A DNA stretch of 64,000 nt from Candidatus Ozemobacteraceae bacterium. GTDB taxonomy: Bacteria > Muiribacteriota > Ozemobacteria > Ozemobacterales > Ozemobacteraceae. Below are positions 36,376-46,143 of the stretch, piece by piece; the stretch's first letter is position 1, and the number at the start of each line of letters is the position of its first letter. Under the pieces are notes generated by a model that saw only the letters and a list, made by a program, of their open reading frames with translations, was not told the origin of the DNA and did no database searches. The translations under genes were made by a program, and so were the position numbers. The stretch covers positions 131,038 to 195,037 of the forward strand of contig DAOSOK010000002.1 in assembly GCA_035373905.1 (NCBI GenBank), in the 5' to 3' direction.

Positions 36376-38519
36376 TGACGAACTCGATGACCGTGAAGCG
36401 GGGAGGGGGCGTGAAGTCGCCGCTCGTCCAGATCAACAGTGTCGGCCACGCCGGCGTCGCGTTCCAGGTCAAGGGGAAGGCGTTCCAGGAGGGATATCTG
36501 TTTCTCACCCCCGAAATGCTCCGCCTGTTCCCCTTCAAGGAGGAGCTCAGTTCGATCCTGTTCGTCGACGACGCCGAAGTTGTATATTCAGCGATATATC
36601 ACAAGGCCCGCGGCTACATGGTCTGCCTGTCCTTCGGCGAATGGTGGGAGAAGAACCAGATGCGCGAAGGGGATCAGATCGGCATCGAGCTGATCAGCCT
36701 GGCCGAGCGCCGCTACCGGCTGTATCGCGTCGTTCCCGATGCGGAAAAACTTGCCGCGAAATCCGACGAGGTCAAGATCACGATGCGCTCCGGCGGAGAC
36801 CTGCCGATCCAGTATACGTCGGGGAACCTCGAAGTCCTTCGCAAGCTGATCGCCGGCGATTTCTCCCCCTACGCCGAGACCGGGCTGATCCTTCAGGGCG
36901 AGGAAATGAACGCCCGCGGCGATGACCAGGAGCTGATGTCGCTCGCCACGTGTTTCGGCGTCTCGGCGTATCAGCATCAGCTGAACACCGTTCACAGCGT
37001 GCTCGGGCGCTACAACGGCCGCGCCCTGCTCGCGGACGAGGTCGGTCTGGGCAAAACCATCGAAGCGGGGCTGATTCTCAAGGAATACCTGCTTCGCGGC
37101 ATGGTGCGTAAGGTCCTGATCCTCACGCCGGCCTTGCTGATCACGCAGTGGCAGCAGGAACTCAAGACCAAGTTCGACCTCAGCTTCAAGAACCACAACG
37201 AGATTTCCGACTGGGAGCAGTCCGACCTGGTCATCGCCTCGCTCGACACCGCGAAAAGCCAGAAGAACCAGAAATCGGTCCAGAAGGTCAACTACGACCT
37301 GCTGATCATCGATGAAGCGCACAAGCTGAAGAACAAAAAAACGCAGAACTGGAAGTTCGTGAACTCGATCAAGACGAAGTATCTGCTGATGCTCACCGCG
37401 ACGCCGATCCAGAACGACCTGATCGAACTGTTCAACCTGATCACGATCCTCAAGCCGGGCCACCTGTCGACCCTGCAGAAGTTCAAGAGCGACTTTCTGG
37501 CCGAGCGCGACAAGCGCATTCCGAAAAACTCGCTGAAACTGCGGGCCATGCTGTCGGAGATCATGATCCGACACCGCCGCAGCGACACGATGATCAAGTT
37601 CCCCCAGCGGTTCGTCCATACCCAGGCGATCAATCTCAAGCCCGACGAGGCGCGCCTGTACAGCGAACTGACCGACTTCATCCGTCGCCGCTACTTTACC
37701 CTGCCGACCCACAACAATCCTCGCGGCATCAATCGCCTCACCCTCATCCTCCTGCAGAAACTGATGGGAAGCTCGACGCAGGCGCTCAAACGGGCGCTCA
37801 CGAAGATGATTTCCAGCAACTTCTACAAGGACGATTTCGACGAATCCCTCAAGCGGCTTCTCGATCTCGCCAACAACGTCGGCATGTCGAGAAAAACCGA
37901 GGTCCTTCTGGAACTGCTCGGCAATCTCAACGAGAAGCTGATCATCTTCACGCAGTTCCGCGGCACCCAGGATTATCTCGCAGACCTGCTTCGCGAGAAA
38001 GGGTATTCGGTCTCGATCTTCAACGGACAGCTGTCGCAGGCCGAGAAGGATGCGTGCATCGAGTCGTTCCGGAACAAGAACCAGATCCTGATCTCGACCG
38101 AGTCCGGCGGCGAAGGCCGCAACCTGCAGTTCTGCAAGGTGCTCGTCAACTACGATCTGCCCTGGAACCCGATGCGCATCGAACAGCGAATCGGTCGTAT
38201 CCACCGCCTCGGGCAGACAGACGACGTTCATATCATCAACCTCAGCGCGAGCGACACGATCGAGTCCTACGTGCTCGAGCTGCTCGACAAGAAGATCAAC
38301 ATGTTCCGCCTCATCATCGGCGAGCTCGAAATGATTCTTGGCAATATGCATTCGAAGAAGACGCTCGAGCAGATCATCATCGATATCGTGACGATGTCGC
38401 CCAACCAGGAAGCGATGAAGCGCAAGTTCCAGACGCTCGGCAACAAGCTCGAAAAGGCCCTCAAGATCCATCAGGACATCACCCGCGCCCAGGAGGACAT
38501 CTTCAATGGAAACGAGTAA
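36372..38519 (+). CDS. SNF2-family helicase with a ~150 aa N-terminal B3-like (DNA-binding pseudobarrel-like) domain
   Basis: LLADEVGLGKTIEAG (motif I), DEAHKLKN (II), helicase-C HRLGQT. The N-terminus YLFLTPEMLRLFP...GEWWEKNQMREGDQIGIEL is B3/EcoRII-N-like; this resemblance is inference. ATGA overlap with the LysM gene. Confidence 0.8.
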   Translation: MMTNSMTVKRGGGVKSPLVQINSVGHAGVAFQVKGKAFQEGYLFLTPEMLRLFPFKEELSSILFVDDAEVVYSAIYHKARGYMVCLSFGEWWEKNQMREGDQIGIELISLAERRYRLYRVVPDAEKLAAKSDEVKITMRSGGDLPIQYTSGNLEVLRKLIAGDFSPYAETGLILQGEEMNARGDDQELMSLATCFGVSAYQHQLNTVHSVLGRYNGRALLADEVGLGKTIEAGLILKEYLLRGMVRKVLILTPALLITQWQQELKTKFDLSFKNHNEISDWEQSDLVIASLDTAKSQKNQKSVQKVNYDLLIIDEAHKLKNKKTQNWKFVNSIKTKYLLMLTATPIQNDLIELFNLITILKPGHLSTLQKFKSDFLAERDKRIPKNSLKLRAMLSEIMIRHRRSDTMIKFPQRFVHTQAINLKPDEARLYSELTDFIRRRYFTLPTHNNPRGINRLTLILLQKLMGSSTQALKRALTKMISSNFYKDDFDESLKRLLDLANNVGMSRKTEVLLELLGNLNEKLIIFTQFRGTQDYLADLLREKGYSVSIFNGQLSQAEKDACIESFRNKNQILISTESGGEGRNLQFCKVLVNYDLPWNPMRIEQRIGRIHRLGQTDDVHIINLSASDTIESYVLELLDKKINMFRLIIGELEMILGNMHSKKTLEQIIIDIVTMSPNQEAMKRKFQTLGNKLEKALKIHQDITRAQEDIFNGNE

Positions 38520-39474
38520 AATCCAGACCCTCGTCTTCTCGTTCATGGACAAGGTCGGCATTTCCAGGTGGGAAACCTCCGAGGGCGTCTGGTGCGCCGA
38601 GATCCCCGAGTCGGAACGGGCGTTCTTCAACGGCTACGAGCACCTGCACTTCACCTTCGATCGCGAGATCGCGGAACGGCGGCGCGAACTGGAACTGATC
38701 TGCTCGGGCTCGTTCATGCTCCGCAAGATCGTCGACAGGCTCGTGGAAATTCCCAAGGTCAGCCGGCTGTTCAGCGCCGCGGCACCCGAGCTCCCGTCCT
38801 CGTCGGGCCAGCCCGGCGATCTGCGTGTGATCAGCGGCTGCAAGGCCCATTACCGGCAGCAGGTGCTGTTCCATTTCCGCGTCAGCGTCTCGGCGGAGCA
38901 GCGCCGCGAGCTGCTCTTCTCGGCACTTGCGGACCCCGCGAAGCGCGAAATATCATTGAAGGAAGGGCTGAGCGGAATCGATCTGAACGAATTCAGCGAA
39001 AAGCCCGATCCGTCACTCCCGATACAGGAATCCGGTGAAGATCTCGTCCGTTTGTATCTCCAGGCGTGCAGGACCCTCGAATCATCTCTCGAGGAGCATA
39101 TCCGCGAACTGCAGGCCGAATCCGAGGAGGCCTACCAGCAGGAACTCGCCAAGGTCCAGGAGTATCTCGAGGACCAGAAGCGGGAACTTCTGAAAAAACG
39201 TGAAAACGTCTGCTTCCACCTGTATTTCTTCCAGAAGGAGGAGGAAATCGACCGGATGATGCGCGAACTCGAGGCGGAGCAGGCGCGGAAAATCGAGGAA
39301 CTGAAGGAAAAGCACGCATTGAAGATCCAGGTGAGCCTCATCAATGCCGTCGTCCTGTGCATTCCGACCCTGGGAATGCCCACCGGCCAGACGGCCCGGC
39401 GGACGCGGGATGCGAAAGTCATTCCGATGCCCCTTCCGACGGGAGACCGCTGCGAGGTGCGCCCGGCAGTCTGA
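38506..39474 (+). CDS. hypothetical coiled-coil protein, translationally coupled to the SNF2 helicase
   Basis: Overlaps the helicase by 14 nt. N-terminal ~120 aa globular region, then a long E/K/Q-rich coiled coil. Confidence 0.55.
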   Translation: METSKIQTLVFSFMDKVGISRWETSEGVWCAEIPESERAFFNGYEHLHFTFDREIAERRRELELICSGSFMLRKIVDRLVEIPKVSRLFSAAAPELPSSSGQPGDLRVISGCKAHYRQQVLFHFRVSVSAEQRRELLFSALADPAKREISLKEGLSGIDLNEFSEKPDPSLPIQESGEDLVRLYLQACRTLESSLEEHIRELQAESEEAYQQELAKVQEYLEDQKRELLKKRENVCFHLYFFQKEEEIDRMMRELEAEQARKIEELKEKHALKIQVSLINAVVLCIPTLGMPTGQTARRTRDAKVIPMPLPTGDRCEVRPAV

Positions 39475-39513
39475 GGCATGGAGGCGGAATCAGATCGGCA
39501 CGGAGGTTGAGCG

Positions 39514-39816
39514 ATGTTTTTCAAGCACATATTCGTTATTCTCGTCATCCTGGGAATCCTGGGCTACGTCTACGGCGACAGGGTGTTCTATTTCCAGGCG
39601 AATCTGATGATCAGCTGGCAGTATGACTTCCCCGCCTATGAAGCGTTCGAGAGGATCGTTCGGTATTACCCGAACAGCAAGCACAGGCAGGAGGCCTACA
39701 AGATGATGGACATCCTCGTCAAACGGAACGGGGACCTGCGAACCTATCTGAACAAGCGTGACGAGGAGGTTCGTAAACTCGAGAAGAAACGGGCCGTCCA
39801 GGAGTCGTTCAGGTGA
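39514..39816 (+). CDS. small membrane-anchored protein
   Basis: MFFKHIFVILVILGILGYVYG TM followed by a charged tail. Confidence 0.45.
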   Translation: MFFKHIFVILVILGILGYVYGDRVFYFQANLMISWQYDFPAYEAFERIVRYYPNSKHRQEAYKMMDILVKRNGDLRTYLNKRDEEVRKLEKKRAVQESFR

Positions 39817-40445
39817 GCGGTGCTTCCGCGACATTCGAAGCCTTCGCCGGGCTGATGTCGGAACGGCGGAGCGTGCGTCAGTTCCGCCCGGACCCCGTCG
39901 ACCCTGCAATCATCGAACGCGTCGTCGAAGCCGTCCGGTATTCGCCCTCGCCGACCAACCGGCAGTGTTTCCGGTTCATCGCCGTTTCCGACCGCCTTCT
40001 GCTCCAATCGATGAGCCAGGACGTCCTGCGTCGGATCGACGAGATCGCCGGCAGGCTCGACGAAGCCTCGGCCGCGGCGTTTCGCGACTACTCGAAATGG
40101 TTCACCTTTTTCGACCGCGCGCCCGTCGTCCTGTTCGGGGCGTATCGAAGCTTCGCGTCCCGTCTGCCGAGCGGGGAGAACGACCGGACGCTCGAAGGCC
40201 TCGCCGAGATCCAGGCGTTCGGCGGGGCGGTGCATGCCCTGCTGCTCGGCCTGCACGCCGTCGGCCTCGGAAGCTGCTGGATGAGCGGGCCGCTGGTGGC
40301 GGAAAATCCGCTCGAGCGGCTTCTGCGCATCGAAAAGCCCTGGCGGCTGGGTGCCGTGATTCCCGTCGGCTGGCCGGCGGTGAAGCCGGAATGCCCGAAA
40401 AAACCGGCCGTCCGGGACATCCTGAGCGGCTATCCTGCAGAATGA
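39813..40445 (+). CDS. nitroreductase-family protein
   Basis: RRSVRQF and GLGSCWM motifs. GTG start overlapping the upstream stop. Confidence 0.8.
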   Translation: MSGASATFEAFAGLMSERRSVRQFRPDPVDPAIIERVVEAVRYSPSPTNRQCFRFIAVSDRLLLQSMSQDVLRRIDEIAGRLDEASAAAFRDYSKWFTFFDRAPVVLFGAYRSFASRLPSGENDRTLEGLAEIQAFGGAVHALLLGLHAVGLGSCWMSGPLVAENPLERLLRIEKPWRLGAVIPVGWPAVKPECPKKPAVRDILSGYPAE

Positions 40446-40454
40446 AAACCACCC

Positions 40455-40482
40455 GTTCGCCCTGAGCTTGTCGAAGGGCGAG
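40455..40482. repeat. half copy of the REP/MITE-like palindromic element
   Basis: GTTCGCCCTGAGCTTGTCGAAGGGCGAG (left arm only). Confidence 0.6.
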
Positions 40483-40489
40483 AAGCAAG

Positions 40490-40520
40490 ACGCCCCGCAG
40501 GCTCGAAGCCGGCGGGGCGT
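40490..40520. terminator. GC-rich hairpin between convergent genes (nitroreductase / fadL-like)
   Basis: ACGCCCCGC-aggctcgaagcc-GCGGGGCGT. 9 bp stem, weak U-tract. Confidence 0.4.
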
Positions 40521-40537
40521 TGCGGTATTGAACTATA

Positions 40538-41884
40538 TTACCAGGTATATGACGCCTGGACGCCGTAAATGTCGAGACCGGTGGTGAAGTCGCCGGACAG
40601 GTTGCCCCTCAGGAGATTGCCGGGGGCTGACGCCCGGAGATCGATCGGGGCGTCGTCATACCAGATTCGCATGAAACCCGCGGAGATCACCATGCGGTCG
40701 GAGGTGCGATACTCGGCGCCGAGAGCGACCTGCAGGCTGTCGGAACCGGGAATGCGCGGCGTGCGGCGCGAATCGGGGATGGGAGAACGATCGCGGGCCA
40801 CGCCGACGCGCCAGGCGAGTCGCGAACTCGGCCGGTAGATCGCGCCGAGCGAGGTATACCAGACGTCCTTCCAGTCTTCCGCGGTGAAGGAATCAGGCTG
40901 CGCGGGGTTGTCGAACGTGACCCGCAGTCCTCCGTACCGATGCCAGAACGTCTTCGCCGCGTCGAGCATCAGCGTCCAGGACGCGCCGCAGGTGCGGCTG
41001 TACCCGACGCCGAGAATTTCGGGCGTCGTGAGGTCGGAGCGCGCGCCGGTCTGTGAGAAGATCCCGGTTGCCGCGTTCATCGCGCCCGCCATGCCGGCGG
41101 CGTCGAACCCGAAACGGCAGTCGCCCTTCAGGGTGTGCCGAACGGCCGATCGATACGAAAGACCGGCGCGTTCCCTGGAGGAGATGTCGCAGATGAATCC
41201 GAGAACGAAGCCGACGTCCCGGGCATCGCCGGTCATTTCCGCGACGCCGTCCTGCGTGGTCGGCGCGGCGCCCGGAATGCCGCTGCCTGCGGCGATCGTC
41301 CCGTAATCGACCGCGTTGGTGAGCTTCGCATCGACGGACTGAACGTTCAGCCCGGCGGCGAACAGCCACTTCGAGTCGAGTTTTCTGCCGGCTACCGGCA
41401 TGACGGCCAGAGAGGTCATTTCAGAATCGATCGCGTAGTAGCGGCCGACCCAGGTCGGCGTATACTTCGTGCTGAGGCCCCAGGGGGCGTTCAGGGCGAG
41501 GCCGAAACGCCAGCCCTTCGAATCGGCAAGTGAGGCGTAGAGGGCCGGGATCGTGGCCGTGGGCGCTCCGTCCTCGCCCCCGGGATACCCGCCGACTGCC
41601 GTTCCGCCGGCCGTTGAAGCCCCTCTCAAGGAAAAGCGGACTTCGGGATCGAGCTGCAGCACCGAGATGATCGCTTCGCCCGGTTTATGAAGCATGAGAG
41701 CCGCCGGGTTGAAATACGTGTCGGCGAGATCGTGCGCGCCGGTATGTGCCCCGGCGAAGGCGCTCGAAAGGCCGGTCGTGCCGTGTTCGCGGACCATGTA
41801 TCCCGCACCGGTGACTTTACCGGGCAGGGACACGATGACGAGAAAGAGAAGGAATACGGACCACTTCTTCAGATCCTGGCTCAT
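40538..41884 (-). CDS. FadL/OmpP1/TodX-family outer-membrane hydrophobic-compound transporter
   Basis: Signal peptide MSQDLKKWSVFLLFLVIVSLPGKVTG. Gly/aromatic-rich beta-strands. C-terminal ...QASYTW. Start coordinate good to +/- 1 nt. Confidence 0.65.
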   Translation of the reverse strand: MSQDLKKWSVFLLFLVIVSLPGKVTGAGYMVREHGTTGLSSAFAGAHTGAHDLADTYFNPAALMLHKPGEAIISVLQLDPEVRFSLRGASTAGGTAVGGYPGGEDGAPTATIPALYASLADSKGWRFGLALNAPWGLSTKYTPTWVGRYYAIDSEMTSLAVMPVAGRKLDSKWLFAAGLNVQSVDAKLTNAVDYGTIAAGSGIPGAAPTTQDGVAEMTGDARDVGFVLGFICDISSRERAGLSYRSAVRHTLKGDCRFGFDAAGMAGAMNAATGIFSQTGARSDLTTPEILGVGYSRTCGASWTLMLDAAKTFWHRYGGLRVTFDNPAQPDSFTAEDWKDVWYTSLGAIYRPSSRLAWRVGVARDRSPIPDSRRTPRIPGSDSLQVALGAEYRTSDRMVISAGFMRIWYDDAPIDLRASAPGNLLRGNLSGDFTTGLDIYGVQASYTW

Positions 41885-42070
41885 GGGCTCCTCCAGACGA
41901 TGATGAAACGAAGGGAGTTTCATTTTTCGACAGGGATCATATTCGATATACAGGGCCGTTGGCAAATGGAATCATACCGTGACCCGCGTGAGTTTCGTTT
42001 TCGGGTGTCCGGAAAAACAGCCTTCCGCATGCGTCGATAACAATAATATATTCTATATATAATACAAAAT

Positions 42071-42094
42071 GGACCGACTCTTGCGAGTCGGTCC
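42071..42094 (-). terminator. intrinsic terminator after phaC-1
   Basis: GGACCGACTC-ttgc-GAGTCGGTCC. On the minus strand it is followed by ATTTTGTATTATATA. Confidence 0.8.
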
Positions 42095-42129
42095 CGAGAA
42101 CATAGGAACGTGGGATGCAAATGGTGAAA

Positions 42130-43215
42130 TCAGACGGTGGAGTGAAACTTCGCGACGGATTCGAACATGCCGCGGGCCTTGCGACCCATGACGACGCCGA
42201 TGTGCCCCGCGTCGATCACGAGATCGGTGACCGGCCCCGAGACGAGTTGCGAGAGGCACCGGGAAGACTCGATCGGAACGATGTGATCCTTCGAGGCCAT
42301 GACGTTCATGACCGGGATGGAAAGGTTTTCGAGGTCGATCTCGATGCCGTCGAAATCGAAACGGCGGTTCCTGATGGCGTTGTCGTGGTAGCAGAGTTTC
42401 ACGTATCCGCGATATGCCTCGCCGGGAACGTTGACGTTGTCGTTCAACCAGGATTCGAGCGCGACGATGCTTTCGGCGGCCTTCGCGTCGAGACTGCCCT
42501 CGAACACGTTCTTCCATTTCTGATATCCCGAGAAGGGCTTGATCAGCTGGAAGGACGACTGGAGCATCGCGGAATCGGCATGGCCGAGGACATCGACGAG
42601 CGTGTCGACGTCGAAGGCGTCCTTGCGTGCCCAGGCCGAGAGAGGGCCTTCGTCGTGGAAGTTGACGGGCGCGGCGAGCATGATGAGCCGCTCGATGCGG
42701 TTCGGGTGGAGCGCGGCGTGGAGGAGCGACATGGTGCCGCCCATGCAGTAGCCGAGAAGCGACGCTTTTTTGGCGCCGGTATCGCGGCAGGCTTCGCGGA
42801 CGGCCATGCCGATGAGGTCGTCGACGAAGAAACGGAACGGCAGGTGGTCGTGCTGCGGGCCCGGCGTGCCCCAATCGAGCAGGTAGACCTGGATTCCCGC
42901 CTCTCGAAGATGGCCGGCCAGTGTTGCGGAGGGCATCAGATCCATGATGTAGGCGCGGTTGATGAGAGAGGGAACGAGCACCAGCGGCGTTGTGCAGGTG
43001 ACGGGGGCCGTGCCGCTGTAGCGCAGGAGTTTCATCGAGTCGAACCGGAAGATCTCCTCGACCGTTGTTGCGCCGCGATACGGTTCGTCACGCGTTGCAG
43101 ATGAGCCGGAAAGGACCGAGTCGAGATTCTTCTCGATGATGCGGCCGGCGAGGTCGATGTTGGCGGCCGTCGCTTCGAGAAGCCTGGCCGCGCTTTTCGA
43201 GAGGGTGTCGTTCAT
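42130..43215 (-). CDS. phaC: class III-type poly(3-hydroxyalkanoate) synthase catalytic subunit
   Basis: Lipase box GYCMGG. VYLLDWG. ~360 aa (class III/IV size). AGGAGG RBS. Confidence 0.85.
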   Translation of the reverse strand: MNDTLSKSAARLLEATAANIDLAGRIIEKNLDSVLSGSSATRDEPYRGATTVEEIFRFDSMKLLRYSGTAPVTCTTPLVLVPSLINRAYIMDLMPSATLAGHLREAGIQVYLLDWGTPGPQHDHLPFRFFVDDLIGMAVREACRDTGAKKASLLGYCMGGTMSLLHAALHPNRIERLIMLAAPVNFHDEGPLSAWARKDAFDVDTLVDVLGHADSAMLQSSFQLIKPFSGYQKWKNVFEGSLDAKAAESIVALESWLNDNVNVPGEAYRGYVKLCYHDNAIRNRRFDFDGIEIDLENLSIPVMNVMASKDHIVPIESSRCLSQLVSGPVTDLVIDAGHIGVVMGRKARGMFESVAKFHSTV

Positions 43216-43248
43216 CGTCGCCTCCTGTTGGCGATAGAAAATTCAGAC

Positions 43249-43599
43249 TCAGTTGGTCTTGCCGCTGGTGACGGCTTCGGTTTGGGCGCGGACATGCCCC
43301 GCGATGTCGGCGAGTTGGGTCGTGATCTTGTCGAGATAGGCGTTCTGGTCGTAGAGACGGCGGTTGATCTCGTCGAGTTCGCGCTTGGTGACGACCTGGA
43401 AGGTCTCGGCCCAGCGGTTGAGGTTCGTTTCCCACATTTTGCGCACGTCGAGGCTCTGCTCGAGCGAGCGGGTCATCGTGTTGACGAACGTCTGCGACTT
43501 CGCGAACTCGTCCATCGCCTGCGCGATGCGGTTCTCCCAGAACGTCTGGACGTCGCGGCCGGCCTTGAGATACTCCTGAAACAGTGCTTCCATCGTCAT
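43249..43599 (-). CDS. PhaE/PhaR-like PHA-synthase partner subunit (small)
   Basis: MTMEALFQEYLKAGRDVQTFWENR...; similar architecture to 43787..44149. AAGGAG RBS. Confidence 0.55.
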   Translation of the reverse strand: MTMEALFQEYLKAGRDVQTFWENRIAQAMDEFAKSQTFVNTMTRSLEQSLDVRKMWETNLNRWAETFQVVTKRELDEINRRLYDQNAYLDKITTQLADIAGHVRAQTEAVTSGKTN

Positions 43600-43665
43600 T
43601 GCTCCTTTGTCGAATTCCGGGTGCGTATGAAAAGAGGATACCTGCATTGCGATATAAAGTCAAGA

Positions 43666-43683
43666 AATAATTTTGCAATGCAC
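43666..43683. promoter_or_regulatory. candidate operator AAATAATTTTGCAATGCA (copy 1) upstream of the phaE-like/phaC-1 unit
   Basis: An identical 18-mer is also at about 46526; it lies in an AT-rich island. Confidence 0.45.
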
Positions 43684-43736
43684 AAACATTATCGGGTGAA
43701 TCGCCTTGAAATCTGAGAAAGACTGAAGCTGTGAAG

Positions 43737-43772
43737 CAAAAAAAAGCCGCCCGGGCGAATGCCCGGGCGGCT
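43737..43772 (-). terminator. intrinsic terminator after the phaC-2/phaE-like-2 unit
   Basis: A-run, then AGCCGCCCGGGC-gaat-GCCCGGGCGGCT. On the minus strand this is a 12 bp stem followed by a U-run. Confidence 0.75.
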
Positions 43773-43786
43773 CTGGCGGACGGAAG

Positions 43787-44149
43787 TCAGGATTTTTTCG
43801 AGGAAGACGACCGTTTTGACGGCTTCGGCTTCGCCGGCCGCTCGGGGCGCAGCGCGGAAATTTCACCGCGGATCTCGCTGAACTGATCCTCCAGGTCGAG
43901 AAGTTTGGCTTCGATCCGCTGGAGATAGCACAACATGCGGTCGAGTTCGGACTTGGAAGGCATGTTGATCGAGGTCAGATACGACTCGATCTGGGTGCCG
44001 AGGTGCTTGCGGACGTCAAGGGACTGGGACATGACCTGGCTCATGGATTTGAGGAACTGCTCGTCCTTCGTCAGGCGCTCGAAGGTTTCGGTCATGGATT
44101 TTTCCCAGAGTTCCATCATGTTGCGGCCGAAATCAAACGGGTTCGTCAC
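43787..44149 (-). CDS. PhaE-like PHA-synthase partner subunit (copy 2)
   Basis: (V)TNPFDFGRNMMELWEKSM...LKSMSQVMSQSLDVRKHLGTQIESYL. GTG start with a GAGGAG RBS. Confidence 0.55.
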   Translation of the reverse strand: MTNPFDFGRNMMELWEKSMTETFERLTKDEQFLKSMSQVMSQSLDVRKHLGTQIESYLTSINMPSKSELDRMLCYLQRIEAKLLDLEDQFSEIRGEISALRPERPAKPKPSKRSSSSKKS

Positions 44150-44165
44150 GGGGTTCGTCTCCTCT

Positions 44166-45278
44166 TCACGGATTGGAAGGCTTGTTGCGGGACAGCCACT
44201 CCATCGTATCTTTCCAGACGGTTTCGCGGATGGGGTGGGCGACGGTCAGGGTGAAATGGGTGGCTTCGTACTTCCGGTTCGTCACTTTCGAGTTGGTGAG
44301 GATGCCGGGATTCCGTTCGGCGCACTCCACCGAGACGACATGGTCATTCGTCGCATACAGGTTCAGCGTCGGGAACGTGATCTTCCGCAGGTCGACGGTT
44401 TTCCCGTCGATGCGCATGGCGTTCTGCGAGAGCAGGTTCTCCTGGTAGCAGTCGCGGATGATCTCGACGAACGTCTGGCCCGGGAACGGGACGTTGTCGG
44501 TCGCCCATCGGTCGAGGGCCTTGAAATTCTTCAAGTATGTATCATCCAATATATTTTCAAACAGGATGCGCGGCTTCGCGAACGTCGATCTTGCCTGCAG
44601 GTAGGGGAACGGGGCGTGCAGGATCTTTTCCGGCACACAGCCGAATGCGTCGGCGAGCTTCTTCGGATCGAACGAGTCCTTATTGGTCCAGAGCGTGAGA
44701 AGGCCGCCCTCGGTGAACTCGAGCGGCGTAGCGAGAAGAACCAGGTTTGCGTACTCGTCGGGATGCAGGGCGGCCATCATTGCCGCGCAGGTGCCGCCCA
44801 GGCAATATCCGAAAAGGGTGAGTTTCTTTCCGCCTTCGGCGCGGCGGACGCGGCGGACGGCGCGGAGGGCGACCCTCTCGAGGTAGTAGGCGAGGCCGTG
44901 CTGGGCGTTTTCCGGTCCGGGGATGCCCCAGTCGAGGAGGTAGACCTTGTATCCGGCCTTCGACAGGGCCTCGATGAAGCTGTGTCCCGGCTGGAGATCG
45001 AGAATATACCAGCGGTTGATGAAAGAGTACACCATGAAGATCGGCGGCGCGTCGAGGGGCTTGCCGAGAACCTCGTATTCGAACAGCCGGCAGGTGCCTT
45101 CGGTGTAGACCGTACGGCAGGGCGTCTGGGCCATGCCGAGGGCGGCGAGTTGCTGGTCGCTGGCCCGGTTGCCGACGGCGGCGGCGTGCTGAAGATACTC
45201 GACGAATTTCCGCGCCCGCGCAAGGTCCTCCTGAAGACGGGGGTCCTGGACGGGGGCTGCTCCCTGCTGTTTGCTCAT
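44166..45278 (-). CDS. phaC: class III-type PHA synthase catalytic subunit (second copy)
   Basis: Lipase box GYCLGG. VYLLDWG. GGAGGAG RBS. Confidence 0.85.
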   Translation of the reverse strand: MSKQQGAAPVQDPRLQEDLARARKFVEYLQHAAAVGNRASDQQLAALGMAQTPCRTVYTEGTCRLFEYEVLGKPLDAPPIFMVYSFINRWYILDLQPGHSFIEALSKAGYKVYLLDWGIPGPENAQHGLAYYLERVALRAVRRVRRAEGGKKLTLFGYCLGGTCAAMMAALHPDEYANLVLLATPLEFTEGGLLTLWTNKDSFDPKKLADAFGCVPEKILHAPFPYLQARSTFAKPRILFENILDDTYLKNFKALDRWATDNVPFPGQTFVEIIRDCYQENLLSQNAMRIDGKTVDLRKITFPTLNLYATNDHVVSVECAERNPGILTNSKVTNRKYEATHFTLTVAHPIRETVWKDTMEWLSRNKPSNP

Positions 45279-45466
45279 GATAACGAAGCTCCTCCCTGGG
45301 ATAGGCGGATCTGATATCCGGTGTGTGTCGGCCGATACCGGCCGGGAAAGTATAGGGGGCTCCCTCCGAGGGTGTCAAATCGGGAATGGCCGTGGTTGCA
45401 ACGCCGGGAATGAAAAGCCGCCGGAACTGCCTGGGCAGACCGGCGGCCGTGGAGACGAGCGGGGGA

Positions 45467-45757
45467 TTATTCGGCAGCCTTGGCCTTGGGGGCGGTCTGT
45501 TCGATCACCTGGCGCCAGACGTTCTCGAAGTGGTGCATGACGACGCGGGTGTTCTTCTGGTAGTCCTCATACGCCTTGTTGACCATCTCGATCTGCTTCT
45601 TGGCGGTTTCGTTGTAGGCTTCGCGCTGCATGTCGGCGATCTTGGTGACGTTCTCGGTGAGGGTCGTGTAGAACTTGAGGGAGTTCTCGAGACCTTCGCG
45701 GGAAAGGCGGATCATCTCGTCGCGGTCGAACAGGGGGGTGTTGGTGGTCGGGGTCAT
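45467..45757 (-). CDS. phasin-like small protein (paralog 1)
   Basis: Internal start MTPTTNTPLFDRDEMIRLSREGLENSLKFYTTLTEN... with an AGGAG RBS. Confidence 0.55.
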   Translation of the reverse strand: MTPTTNTPLFDRDEMIRLSREGLENSLKFYTTLTENVTKIADMQREAYNETAKKQIEMVNKAYEDYQKNTRVVMHHFENVWRQVIEQTAPKAKAAE

Positions 45758-45828
45758 TGGTATTCTCCTTGATATTGTATTCAAAATAGAGAAGGCGTTT
45801 CGAATCGCCGTCTGTGTGAAACCGAACG

Positions 45829-46107
45829 TTACAGGGCGGCCTGGGGCTGGGACTGGAACTGGTCCGCGAGCTTCCGCCACTCTCTCTCGAAGCCACTCGT
45901 GATCGTGCGGCTGCTCTTCTGATACTCCTCGAAGGACTTGTTGACGAGGTCGATTTGACGGCGGGAAGCTTCGTTCATCGTGTCCTTCTGGATCTCGCCG
46001 AGTTTCAGGGCGTTCTCGGTCAGCGTCATGTAGAATCTCAGGGAGTTTTCCATCCCCTGTCTCGAGAGCCGGAGCACTTCGTCGCGGTCGAACAACGGGT
46101 TTGTCAT
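45829..46107 (-). CDS. phasin-like small protein (paralog 2)
   Basis: MTNPLFDRDEVLRLSRQGMENSLRFYMTLTEN... Clear paralog of 45467..45757. Confidence 0.55.
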   Translation of the reverse strand: MTNPLFDRDEVLRLSRQGMENSLRFYMTLTENALKLGEIQKDTMNEASRRQIDLVNKSFEEYQKSSRTITSGFEREWRKLADQFQSQPQAAL

Positions 46108-46143
46108 TGGTCGGATCCTTTCGTGTCTTGTGTCTGCGGGTGG

